This document shows positions 51,898 through 64,000 of a DNA stretch of 64,000 bases, in pieces. Position numbers and translations under genes: made by a program. How positions within the stretch are numbered: position 1 is the first letter of the stretch; each line of letters starts with the position of its first letter. The notes under the pieces are model-generated. The model did no database searches. It was not told the origin of the DNA and was given only the letters and a program-made list of their open reading frames with translations. This stretch comes from Lingula anatina (taxonomy: Eukaryota; Animalia; Brachiopoda), in assembly GCA_051362555.1 (NCBI GenBank), contig CM120640.1, positions 13,888,001-13,952,000 on the forward strand, read 5' to 3'.

Positions 51898-54800
51898 ACT
51901 GAGTGCACACCTTGCTGAGCTCTTAGATTTTCCATAAACTGGTCATCATCTGTTACCTCCTTCACCAGTTCTGCTATGGAAGTGTCTGAATCAAATAAAC
52001 AGACCTTTTCTAAATTTACTATTTAGAAAATCAAGCACTTCATAATCAATAGCCTATAAAGACACAATTCAAACTATAACTATCACACATGCATCTTATT
52101 TTCTATGATGCTTGATATGGTGGAACTGCTTGTGATTTGAGTGTTGGAACTGCACTAATTTATTTGGTATGGGACCTATGTTAAATGGCTTGCACACCAT
52201 ATCACCAAGGTTTCATGCGTTTGTATGCACCAAGAAGTTTTGCATCAGATATATCACGACTCACATTGGCAAACTCACTACTACTTTTTCACAGCCATGA
52301 AAACATGTTATGAGTACCCACGTGTGGATAAAGATTGCTTGGCCTGCTGCATGTGCGGTAGCTTTGATACAAATTCCTTCATCTGACTCACAGATTTAGC
52401 TTGGTGGCGTTCCTGAAATACACATGAAAAAAATCTTTGTTATTTAATTAAGTGACATTTCATTTTTTCAGGCTTGTTGTTTATCACTACTGTTCTAGCT
52501 TCTGAATGTGAGAATAATGAAATTACACACACACAAGCATACACACTTACATATTGATTTGAAATCAAAGTAAATTTATACATAATATTTTTTAAAGATG
52601 ATCAGTTATGTATATGTTCTTTATGTTACTCCCATTTCTTATGTATCTTTAAGACACACTTCCAACTATATGTATACAAACGGAAAAGACAGGCACCATA
52701 TATATTGACAGATATTAAAAAGTACATGTAGTTTCAGAAGCTCACATTATACTGAGCTGATATCAACTTGGCCTTCCTACTCAACACTGGTCCAACAGCA
52801 TTAAAATTTTTGTCTCTAATTTCTGCAAAGAGTTCTTCAGCAGAGTTTAACCTAATCTTTTTGGGTTCTGTGGGAACTTCTGCCATTGCTTGACCTTCTT
52901 GTTTGGCAAATTTCTCTGGTGGAACTTTGATGGTTGCTGGAAAGAAATATGCATAAAATTGAAATCTTTTAAAACACATTTAAACACTACATTAACTGAT
53001 TTCCTTACACAATTTAGGCTTTATTACTTAAAGGCTACTTTTAGGATGAAATGTATCTTTTTATGAAATGTGTTATGTTATTTTAAGCAGAAGAGGGGCA
53101 GTTAACTTTAATCACAGGAGTGGTACAACAATTCACACTTACTGTTATTAATTCCAAATGTTTCATCAATGAGCCCCTCATATGTTAGCTGTGTGAGGAG
53201 AGGTGTCAGAGGGTCTACAGTTCTGTCCACCAGGAACAGTGTGTCTATCTGCGGGGTTATCTGGGGCTCGCTACCGGCCATTTCTCTACGCATGCGGAGA
53301 ATCATGTCACATACATGCTGCAATAAAAAAAGCTTTTTCTTATATTTCCTTTGGTTTTCTCTCTGTAAAAATACCACTTTCAAGACAAAGGCCAACAGAA
53401 TGATTACTGATTGACTGACCTACCTTATTCAGAGGGGTTTAAGTGAAATGTATATAAGACCACTTCTACCTAAAAGCAGAGGCAAACCTACTCTGGATAG
53501 CTCTCCCTTTCCATGTATGCTTGGAATGATTCCATACAGTGATTGAAGTGTCATCAAAGCTTTAGCCGCATAATACATGGAGGTGCTATCATTTTCCAAT
53601 ATGCATTCCTGAAATGATTATACACAATTATTAAAAATAAATAAACAAAGACCTCTTACACTTATGCATAAAAGTGACAACAAATGTGACCCAACAAAAA
53701 GCTTGTGAGATAAAACAAAAACAAATAATTGTACTTTTTAAAACAAAAAGTAATATAAAATTGATAACCATAATTGTGGGATTATTTCAATAGTTGATGA
53801 ATTATATTGTTGCCCTTATAAATTTATAAGAAATTTTAGCACTGACCTTAAAACTTGATTCTGATTCCAGTGTCAGCACATCACTCTCCACAGGAATGAG
53901 CTCCATACTGAACTCATCAATGATGTTGAAATTTCCATAAACACCAAGTTCCTGAAAAAAATATGCCTTAATGAAAACAAGCTATCATATGCACGTATGA
54001 TACCAAAACCATTGACTTCTTAATATGATCTTTGTATTTTGTAAGTACAGAAGTCTTAAATAAATAATGAATTGTCTTTCCAATCAATTTCTTAACAATT
54101 ATGCCAATTTCAAATTGTCATTCTTACTTTTAGCTTTCTCTCACACAGGAGACTTTTCTTAGGAACAAACACTACATGAAATTCCTTCCTAAAGCTTCCA
54201 CTCTGATCTTCTCTAGAATATAAGATGCAAATAAGAATGTAACTAGACATGAAGGATGGAACCATTTTTTTAAAATATAGAAATTAAACAAAAAATTCAA
54301 AGAAATATTAACTTAAGTTTAAGCAAGATGGATTAGGCAAGGAAGAGTTGTTAAAACTAAATAAATGTTTTCAGCAACTTCCAGCTAAAAGATAGGTTTG
54401 TTAAATTAGACTGTATGAGGAAGTGAAGATGGTGTTTTTGGATATAATTTCTTGCAAACCCCTGCTTTTAGTGCAATTTAAATGAATAAGTAGCAAAAAC
54501 CATACTTGCGAACATTTTCCGCAATAACATTCATCAATGCCAACTTTGGCCTTGTGATGAAGATGATGTTCTGGACACTGCTTTGAGGAAGTCTTCCAGA
54601 AGACAAAGGAAACATTTTATCAACTTCATGTTCCTGGAATTAAAATCATACCAAGTGAAAAGGTAGTCTGGCTTTCAAAATAAAACAAAAAAAAACTACA
54701 ACCAAATGTTGAGTATGTAAGTATAAAAATTAGTTGAGATTGATACGATGTTTGGCGAATCAAAAAGAAAGTTACTTAACTTACAGAAAAGATGTCAACA

Positions 54801-56397
54801 CTTGTGCTGCTAAAGTTGGTAATAATATCTACCTTTTGAAAACCTAAATGTGACTTACCTTCAGCAGTGGGTACTCAGCAATAAGTCCGACAGGCCCAGT
54901 CAATGCTTCATCCCATACTAAAGCCTAAAGAAACAAGATAGCATTTAAAGCAACAATGAAGATCAGAGATTTAACTGCCTCCTACATATGTACCACCAGC
55001 TGGTTTACTGGTACATTAAATGGATAGTAACATGTAGAGATAGCTGTTACATTATGAAGAGTTTTTAAATTTTGAATGATGATATGTAATAGATGTTGTA
55101 ATATTTTTCTTTTTGAAATTACTGCTCTAGCATACCGGTATACTGATAAAATTAATTGTTGAGGGCATAAGGTCCAAATCCAAAACTACATATGTGTAAA
55201 TAAAAAATGAGCAAAGGGCAATAACCCTAAAGCAAAAGTGCAATTTGAGTTACATCAAGTGTATGTTCAAGTGTACCTTGAGGATATTCAGCCATAAATA
55301 TGTGACTCAGATAAGTTACATAAGGAGTGAAATCTTTGCCACTAAAACCAACCAAATGCCATCATTTAGTTTCAAATAGCATAACTTAAGGAAATAACAA
55401 AGGGTGTACCATCTCATATTTCCCAAAAAATGATATTTGACCAGATACAGTATTTTCTGCTTTGATGCCTTCTGTGCTATATATAACCCCCTGCCACTTC
55501 CCTACCCTCCTTTCAATACTTATGCTATTGCGCATTTAACAGTGTTTTATGAACTGGAAAGAAAAGTAAAGTTTTTTCAAGCTATTGTTTGGTTGTCCAG
55601 GTGATTAATTTAGTTTATCCTTTGGGGTGGTGACATTACATGAGACACATAAGCAACTAGTACAGATGTAATATATGTATTTTGGGAAATCTTCATCTCC
55701 CTCATATGTATGTTTATCCTTGAATGTCCTAAAAGTTTCCCGCCAAATTATTTAGTAATTTGTGATGCATTGCTGTAGTATGCACATTAGCATAAATACA
55801 TTGGTGGAAACGAATGATGGCTATGTACTGTACATGTATTGAACAGCAAGAAATTAAGGAGAAAATATCTGATCAAATATTGTTTTTCAGGAAACATGAG
55901 TCAACAGCTTTTGGCATTTCTTTATGTTTTATATGCTATTTGAAACTAAATGATGGCATCTGGTCGGTTTTAAGCAAAAATGTGACTATGAGTGTAACTT
56001 TCAGCTGAAGGGGGAGGAGCTTAATCCTAATGTCACAATACTAGCCACATAAATATAGATCATAAATAACGACTACCCTATGGTCTAAATCTAACATATA
56101 TCAGTTAATTTTGAAACTATCAAGATTTGTCAGTTCCTAAAATTTGTAATAAAGGCTGTCATTTACTCGTATATGCAAACGTGCTTCCTTTTGGAGTTCG
56201 TGTGAGGTGAGAAAAAATGGGAAGTGTTATACTAACACTTTGAAAACATGCGTGTTGCATTTTTCATTAATGGTCGGATGGGACGAAAATATGCATACCT
56301 TACTCCCTGTACATTTATCTATACATTCCAGTAGTTCACGCCTGTATGTTTCTCTAAGAATCCCAAGATTAACACGGCCGCTGCTGAGATGGGACAT
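44526..56397 (-). CDS. VPS33A: Vacuolar protein sorting-associated protein 33A (Sec1/Munc18 family, HOPS/CORVET), ~610 aa
   Basis: 16 phase-consistent exons: 56397-56299, 54924-54859, 54633-54506, 54212-54128, 53951-53847, 53608-53492, 53317-53143, 52936-52746, 52412-52322, 51985-51911, 51672-51593, 51078-50992, 50771-50640, 45766-45598, 45302-45180, 44635-44526. Motifs: [68 protein letters not shown]. Confidence 0.96.
44882..44943. repeat. (TA)n microsatellite
   Basis: Read directly. Other simple repeats: (TA)n at ~49151-49225, ~57580-57640 and ~57770-57825; (TAAA)n 51841-51898; (ATT)n ~40843-40883; (CA)n ~41179-41210 and ~62994-63021. Confidence 0.95.
45816..50165. mobile_element. Non-autonomous TIR DNA transposon (superfamily uncertain), interrupted by a HINE
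   Basis: Perfect 22-bp TIRs GGGCATTTTTACAATCCTGGGC (45816) and GCCCAGGATTGTAAAAATGCCC (ends 50165); flanks ATAA and ACAA; recurring internal motif TGTCCATTCCGAAAC; no transposase ORF. Confidence 0.8.
46272..48190 (-). mobile_element. HINE with a 146-bp internal tandem array, copy 2 (nested, VPS33A intron)
   Basis: Reverse-complement homolog of 30932-32657: CTAG end at 46272, hairpin GAGGCGATACCGCCTC, subTIR GTACCACCAGC; repeat landmarks at 46711, 46857, 47003 and 47149 (period 146); (GGAGCCGCA)n at ~48084-48130; terminal hairpin at ~48159-48186. Confidence 0.88.
55305..56008. mobile_element. Degenerate element with long inverted termini in VPS33A intron 1
   Basis: ATGCCATCATTTAGTTTCAAATAGCATA (~55356) is the reverse complement of TATGCTATTTGAAACTAAATGATGGCAT (~55932); weaker similarity extends outward. 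Confidence 0.6.
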
Positions 56398-56801
56398 GAT
56401 TTGCTGCGTGTGTACTGTTTACTTCCGGGTTTTTAATAGTAAAAGAAAAAAAATGAAAGATAATGGGAATATGAATTGATTGAATACAATTGTTCTTTTA
56501 TAATGGGAACACAGTCCTTATAAAATATTTAAAGCTTTTGACACAGTTGTCGACTTTTAAACCAATCTTTTCACAGAGATATGATTTACCCCGTGATTAT
56601 TAGCGGATGGATACAACTACTTAATAACTGAGAGGAGAGAAAAATTACATAGATTAACCCGTCATTCTGATAGTTAGATATTGCAATTTCAACATTGACC
56701 ATTTTCTTAAAGTGTAATGCCAATAAGACCTTGGCATAATTTGTTTGGTTTTTGCGCGCAATGCTCTTGGGTTGGAAGTCCTTCGGTCATCAACATTAAC
56801 G
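56398..56801. promoter_or_regulatory. Compact bidirectional promoter for VPS33A and the SGSM-like gene
   Basis: Only 404 bp between divergent ATGs; ETS motif ACTTCCGG at 56421; CpG retained. Confidence 0.75.
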
Positions 56802-57576
56802 ATGGCAGCGACGTGCGAAGGCGGTGAGTATTGACGTTTGAAAGCTTTCCATTGTAATGATATTACCGCAGGTTCGCTGTTAGATTCACCACAAACATGC
56901 CAGCAGATTTTCTCATCAATATGGTTCTCATTCCAGAGGCAGATACCAGAGACAAACTGCTGAAAAATGTAAAGAAAGAGGTAAGAGGATGTTCTTAACA
57001 GGTGGTTAACTTATCTTTAAGTCGGGTACCTTAGATTTGCAATATCTTAGACATTTAAGTGATAATGAGAATTCTGATGCGTCTTACGTCAGAGAAGTAG
57101 CAATCGGAAGTTATTTTAGCCATAGCTAGGGGATGTCGCCTGTAGTTTAAACCTCCGTGCATTATAATTGTCTTTTCATTGCACTTGCAGTCAAAATTGT
57201 CGTAGTGCTGTAGGGTAGTAGAATAGTATACAAAATATTATCAGCGTTGTCAAAATGCAGGTATTTGACAGAAGTAATCATGCTTTAATGGCAGTATTTT
57301 TTAGGTTTAAGGCATAATATGTCAGGCTGATAATTGCCAAACTAATATTTCATGTTGTCTGGGATCTGTTATAGTTACTTAGAGATAAAGGTTGCAGTCT
57401 TTAAGAATCCAATGGCATCATTAAAGGCAACATAGAGTTCTAATTGAACCCTTATTTGTGACACTTTGAAGAGGTTTGTTGAGTTCTAATTGAACCCTTG
57501 TTTAACTTGCATTTAAAAACACATTCATTTATGTTATCTTGGTTTTTATGGAAGACTGCCCTGTATGCCTTATGTT

Positions 57577-57644
<68 letters not shown>

Positions 57645-57752
57645 CTGTTGACACTACTCATAAACAACAGAGGCCATTGTATGATGGGCACTGATCAGTT
57701 GATATCCTGACGAGGACTGATGAAGTCAGTAGAACATTTGACACAAAAAAAA

Positions 57753-57831
<79 letters not shown>

Positions 57832-60800
57832 TAAAAATAATAATAATAAATAATAATAATAATAAATAAAATAAAATAAATAAATAAATAAATAAATAAC
57901 TATCTGTGATAAGGCAACAAAATAAAATAAAAATCATAGGGACTTTATTAATCATGGACTGTAGCAATATCAGATATGTTTATGGCTGTAATTTCACTTA
58001 CTAGTACATGTTTACAGGTATAACACCCACAGATGTTGTCTTTGATGTATTCAGTCTCACATTTCTTGTTTCTGAGCACCTTTATCACTCTTGCTAAAAA
58101 TCAGTTGTTACTAATTCTGATAACAATCTAAGCTTAAATTATGTCCTGGAAAGAAGCTAGAAGTCCCCCTGACATCTCCACCCTTTTGTTTTAATTGTAA
58201 GACTAATATTAACAAAAAGACTAATATTAACAGTTCTGTGTCCTCTATGTAGTAGGCTTTCAATGTTTTAGCTGTCAGTCAGAAAGGGTAAGTTCTCTTA
58301 TGAAGAGGCCCCCAGTATATATGAATTATACATGAAACAATGTAATTAGGTGATGGGTTAAAACATGAGGCAATCAAGATATGGACAGTTGATATAGTTA
58401 AATGCTAACAATTCATCTGTACTGTTTCGTTCTTCAAGTCTAGTTTTGCCTTGAGGTTGACATCTCTGTAAAATATCACTCGTACTAGTTTGATTTGATT
58501 TGTATTATCCCTCTAATTTCAATAGCAGGCTGATTGGTCTTTTAATAAGATTTATTTTTTCACAATTATTTTTATGATATCAAATCAACATCTATACTTT
58601 AATATGTTATGTAGCAAACCATCAAAGCTGTTCTTTAAGTAACTTCACTGTAAGAGAAGATTTTTCAATCATTTGAAAAAATTAATTAGTCAAGAGATGC
58701 TGGTGTGACACAGATCATGCACCTCTTGTTTTTGTTGTTACCTTACCAGATTTTGGCAGATGTAACCAGTCATTTTATGGTCAGTTCTCATTGTATTGAT
58801 CCAAAGTGATGACTGCACATGTCTGATAACAAGATCTGTCGGATAACATACACCCACGCCTGTTTTGTTTACATTGTCTGGTATTGTTCTTGCACGTCAA
58901 TAAAGTGTGACTTTATATGATGAAAAAAAAATTATTAATATATTGTATTAATCTATTTTTCAAATTAATTTTGTGCAGTCAAGATAAGGTAGGTGAAAAG
59001 AAAGGAAAGCAGTGAAAAAATCTTGATGGGCTGTATAGATAAAGGATCGAAGTTGTTTAAGCTTCAGTAGATCATGTTCATTGGCAATTTCCTGTTACCA
59101 TGGTGACCTAGTCTGTTTAATCTGAATATTTTTATTACATGATACAAGAATAGAAAATATAGATAGAAGGACTGTTTTATGCATCTTCTCTTGTCCTTGG
59201 CCTGAAGGGTTTTATTTTTAGACTACCTTTTAAGAATATTGTAAGACGTTTTACAGAGTAAACTTCAAGTAGAACTGTAAGTTGGTCAACAAGACAATGT
59301 TCTTGTGAAATCATGAGAACAGAGACAAGTAGTTACGAGGTCTTTATCTTTATCAGGTTGGGATATTGTTCACTCTGGTAATAAGTGTGAAATCCACTAA
59401 ATCTCTTATTCAGTCATTAATATGACTGCGACTTGCCAACTGGATATTGGTAATTATAATTGCTTGATGTCCATACTAGTCATGTTATGGCTATTGATTG
59501 TGTGAGAAAATTGTACTGAGGGCAATTGTGTTTAGAGCAAAATAATCTCTAAAAAATAATCCAGAATTTGTACAGAAAAATTAATGCATTAAAGATAGTA
59601 AATGTTATCGATTTAAAAATAATTCAACTAATTTACACAAGTCTGTATGTTTCCCTAAATTTACTTGATTAGGTAAGATAAAAGAACAACTTACAATTCT
59701 TTTCTTTTTATCGCAAGAATTGAAAATTTTGTGTTTGTTTCCTTATTTCTTTTGATCATTATGAACAGGCATTGCTTGTCTTGACATATGCTATTGCCTG
59801 CATTAGTTGTTGCTGTTAGCATTTGCTTCTGACATATCACTGCCCTTTCCAAGAATTTTTACTTATAAATATCACAAAAAAAAAATGTTTTGCTTATCAT
59901 TCTCTCATTCATGTACTGGAATGATTCCTAGGATTGAAATACATCCAGAGTTCAGAAAGCCATCAAATTAGATTATTTTTCTTGAAGCTCTGTTCTGGAT
60001 TTGTTATTTTTGACAAATTGGCATTTTCCAGGTGTGACTTTGCATATCCACAGTTCCGAAAACCTGCACTAATTAGAAGTTCTGAATTACCACAGTACCA
60101 TGCATGCTGTTAGTATATACTGTTATTTAAACTGGTAGTGGCTAAGCATCAAGTAATATTGTATCTAAATTGAGAAAAAACTGTGTACTGTCATCATAAA
60201 GACATTTTAAGGAAAACCAGTTTACATATTATGCTGAAATTTATAATCATGATTCATAGGACTAATATACATATCCAATTAAAGACCCAGCCTCATTGGA
60301 TTATTATTTTTTCTTATAGTTATGAAGTTATTTAGTGATTTTTTTCATTTTTATTCACAAATATGCATTTTCAAGGTGTGACTTTGAACTGCCATGGGTT
60401 TGAAGTCCTGGGCTTGTAATATTTTCTGAATGTCCAAAGTGACAGTTGTGCAAAGTTAAAGGGTGTAATATTATTTTTTAAGCCTTATTTGTAATATTGC
60501 ATCAAACTTTAAAAATACATTTTTGCACTTTCATCATCATAGTGATTGCTCATCATTTTTAGACTAAATGCTGTGCTTCTGTTAGTTTTCCCATGAATAT
60601 GCCAATCCATGTGACAGCTTTGCTGCCTTGTTTTAATGAAAAGTTTCTAGAATAATTTTGATTTGATGATTTAGAACTCTGAATTGCAACAAGTTTGATT
60701 TGATGATTTAGAACTCTGAATTGCAACAAGAAATCAAAATAACATAAATATCTGCATGTGCAATTAAAAGATTGCTAGGGTAAAGGGATCTTGGTAAAAA

Positions 60801-62581
60801 ATTTTTGATAGAGGCAGTGATTTGTTTATATATGCTGTTAGCTGTAAATGAGAGGTTCAAATGGAACGATGACACTGAAGCGTGTCATAAAACAAAGTGT
60901 AGAATACTTCTTTGGACTATTTGCAATGCCGCTTTGGCCTTTAACTCTTTTTTTTTATACAGTCATTATGAATGCAATGATTGATTGTGGTGTTTTTATT
61001 TCACCATTTCTTATATTTATCAATATCCGTGATAGATATCTGAATTACCTAGGTCATACTTATCAATTTGGTTGAATTGAAGTTGTCAGCACTTAACATT
61101 CTAAATCAAACAATTAATTCATGTTTGCATATGGCTGTGTACTTAATACTTAAAAATTGCCAGGAATATGCCAACCTTGTTAGTATACTTGCATTCCAAT
61201 TTCCTGAAAGGTTTTGGTCCATGAATAGCAGTTTCAAATCAATGAGATGAGTTATATTTTCAGACAATTCACTGTTTTTGTTGTAAGGATACATTTTGTT
61301 AAATTCATAATATATTATTTTTATATAATTTTTGATCATACTATTTTTCTTATCCTGTGAGAGTAACTAAATAGTCTGTAGCTGTCAAATTATAAGGTAT
61401 TGTGTTGTAAGACTTCACTTGATTAATTTTTATCAGATTCATCATTAATTAAATCATCGAGTTCCACTGTTAGAGTATTCATGCACCAAAAATACAACAA
61501 TAATACAATTTCAAATTTGTTACATCAACCTGTTTTGCCAAAATTTTGCTCGCTTACATGATCACTAGTAAAGAAGTTTTTAAAAATTTTTTATGAGGAG
61601 TATCATATACAAATACTAGATTTCCTTGGCTTTCGCCCCTTTCGTCTTCGTTTAACTGTTGAAAAGTACTCCATTTCACTATTTTCTCAAGAGTCTTTTA
61701 ACCATTATCTTGAAATAATCCAAAATTACAGTGATATATATATCTTTTCTCTTGATTTTGTTATTGAGGCCATTTATATTCTAGGAAGAACATTTTGAAA
61801 TTTTGTCCTCGTGCAATGCTGATGTTACAGAAGGCCTTGGCCTGTTACCTAGACTTGATAATCTACCCATTCCATGATAACCTGTGCCTCAAGAGAGTCA
61901 TATTTGAATGTCTTCCTGTTTATTAACAATATGTCCTGAAAATGTAGGCATGATTTCCTTCTTTTATAGCTGGTATCATATAAAGTCCAAGTTTCATTTG
62001 CATTTTTTGTGAAACTCAGTACAAGTGTATGTTTCTTTGTTTACTTTTTTTTTTGCTCTTCTCAGTACAGTTTCTGGATTTTTGAAATTTAGGAATTACA
62101 TGATCACTGATTGATAGACTGTTGGGGGTATATTACATACATTAAAAGTGAAGTACTCTGTATTCTGGGTGCAAGTCTTTATTTGGAGGAGATTGTTTAG
62201 AGTATTCTGAAATTATGAAAAAATTAAGTTTCTAAATATTATCTAGGGTACATAAAAACAAAGTGCAGGAAATTAGGTTAAAGTTAACTGTAATCATTAA
62301 TTGTACAAATATATAACAAAAACAATGTCCAAAGTTTTAACTTCAGTGGTTGATCCTGTCAGGAGACAATTACTACTAATATGTAACCTAGTTATTTGAA
62401 GTGTTTCATAAATAGAAAGAGGCATATTTCCCAAAAAGATTCTTCTAAGCAAAATATCCAAAAAAGCATAATTGGTTTCACATCTGCATTTTCTTAATAT
62501 TCCAGGTGAAACAGCTCATGGAAGAAGCTGTAACCAGAAAGTTTGTCCATGAGGAGAGCAGCAGTATCATGTCTCTTAGTG
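56802..62581 (+). CDS. SGSM1: Small G protein signaling modulator 1/2 (RUTBC, RUN-TBC RabGAP) homolog; 5' part only
   Basis: Exons 56802-56823, 56937-56980 and 62506-62581 give [47 protein letters not shown], the conserved SGSM1/2 N-terminus. The gene continues past 64000; SGSM1 versus SGSM2 cannot be resolved. Confidence 0.9.
60657..60730. repeat. Perfect 37-bp tandem duplication
   Basis: TTTGATTTGATGATTTAGAACTCTGAATTGCAACAAG occurs twice in tandem. Confidence 0.9.
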
Positions 62582-62987
62582 GTAAGTTATCACCTGGTCA
62601 ATGAATTTAAAAATTAAAATAAAAGAAAAAATGCCAGTTGAGGTTAATCCAAAGACATTTTTACTTTTAATGCAAATTAGATCTAGATATGGAATTGAAA
62701 TTATACCTTTAGTGTTACACATTTCTAAATTCATACTTGGAGCAGATATAAGTCCAGTTCACATTAAAAAATAAAACCTGATCCAATAAATTCTGTTATT
62801 ACCAGTGTCCAAAACTTGCCTTTTTATGTTCACACTAAATAAAACAACAAGGTCAAAATATTGGCCTCCCCAATCATACCTGTTAAAGCCCACTTTACAC
62901 TGGATGGCGTCCTTTCTGCGTCCCGTAGTACAGCCCTATTTGAGAGTAAAAGTAAATGATATTACTGCTACTTATTTACTAATGAAA

Positions 62988-63028
<41 letters not shown>

Positions 63029-63259
63029 AAAGATAAGAGATTGGATTCTACTGGCTGAAAACCGTAGGACATTAGGTATATCATCTGCTGTGTGTGAGAG
63101 TGTGTAGAATGCGATAGAGCCCAAGTCCCAAGGTGGGTTTAGTGCTGTCAGTGCATTCACTGTGTGGTGGGTCCTTGATGTACATTCGAAACAGAAACTG
63201 TGGTTAGGTGATAACTGTGGTCCAGATGGCTATTGTGAATTGAGTTAAAAATAACTATG

Positions 63260-63475
63260 ACTGGGTTCACATACCTAGATTGATCTAACAGGATTGATTT
63301 ATTTCAAAGGGTTTTTTTGCAAAATTGCTTTCAGCTTAAGTGGCTTAGATGTCTGGAGCACCTACTGAAGCTGCTAATTATCGTTTAGCAGCTTCAGTAG
63401 GTGTGACAGACATCTAAGCCGCTTAAGTTGATTACAATTTAGCGAGAATCCCATCAGAGATAGATCAATCTATAG
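63260..63475. mobile_element. Palindromic MITE related to 29736-29939
   Basis: Shares CATACCTAGAT and TTCAGCTTAAG; central palindrome CACCTACTGAAGCTGCTAA...TTAGCAGCTTCAGTAGGTG. Confidence 0.7.
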
Positions 63476-63717
63476 TAAGTACAATAATGGTCCCTATCAC
63501 TCCCTATGTACTTACTTTATCTGTTGAAACCTAGAAACTTGAAATACCATTCGATATGTTGAGTGTATACACGAGTGTTTAGAAGTGATCTGGTTGTATT
63601 ATCATGTGTATAATACTATGTTGTAGAGCGTGCTTTTTTTTTTATCTGATCCGTATTATGAAGGATGCTGTATACTTTAATTTATGCCAGTGTTCACAAA
63701 AGAGGAATAAATGCTGT

Positions 63718-63964
63718 TTTTTACCACCACCAAGGAGGTTATCTTTTCCCCCCTGTTTGTCTGTCTGTTTGTTTGTTTGTCATCAACATAACTCAAAAAG
63801 TTATAGACCGATTTTGATGAAATTTTCAGGGTAGGTGGGAAATGGGTTAACTTAGAAATGATTAGTTTTTGGTAGTGATCCGGATCAGTAATCAATCAAT
63901 AATCAATAATAATCAAAAATCGCTGCCTTAGCAGAGGTCTGCGCTCTCAGAGTGCTTTTCTAGT
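63718..63964 (+). mobile_element. Short HINE (DINE-1-like architecture)
   Basis: T-run + ACCACCACCAAGGAGGTTAT; (TGTT/TGTC)n microsatellite; core CCGATTTTGATGAAATTTTCAGG...GATCCGGATC; 3' subTIR CCTTAGCAGAGGT; hairpin GCGCTCTCAGAGTGC; TTTTCTAGTTT end. Confidence 0.85.
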
Positions 63965-64000
63965 TTGCTTTAGCATTTACAAAATTGTCTCGGAACCCAG

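Noticed and set aside
1-64000. tRNA, rRNA, snoRNA, miRNA, U12-type introns or SECIS elements
   Set aside because: None recognised by eye, and all modelled introns are GT-AG without the U12 donor consensus. An Infernal/tRNAscan run is needed to exclude small RNAs.

Overview
AT-rich, intron-rich eukaryotic DNA from an invertebrate animal. The repeat types and CpG pattern are compatible with a mollusc or other lophotrochozoan, but this is inference. Most ORFs in the track are noise; I rebuilt genes by hand from splice sites and reading-frame phase. Six conserved genes form three consecutive head-to-head pairs: AGGF1(-)/PARP6-PARP8-like(+), C22orf15-CXorf65-like(-)/POLR2J(+), and VPS33A(-)/SGSM1-2-like(+, runs off the window). 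The first ~11.5 kb is CpG-retaining regulatory DNA holding candidate alternative first exons of an unidentified minus-strand gene that continues left of the window. Introns carry Helentron-associated elements (HINEs) with internal satellite-like arrays, PIF/Harbinger-type MITEs and other TIR elements. The best leads are: (1) phase-1 first exons encoding different targeting signals; (2) a candidate mutually exclusive NES-versus-NLS exon pair in AGGF1; (3) a symmetric UBA-domain exon inside the PARP6/8 homolog; (4) a HINE carrying perfect DR1 nuclear-receptor sites at 146-bp spacing. Coordinates were counted by hand and no searches were run.
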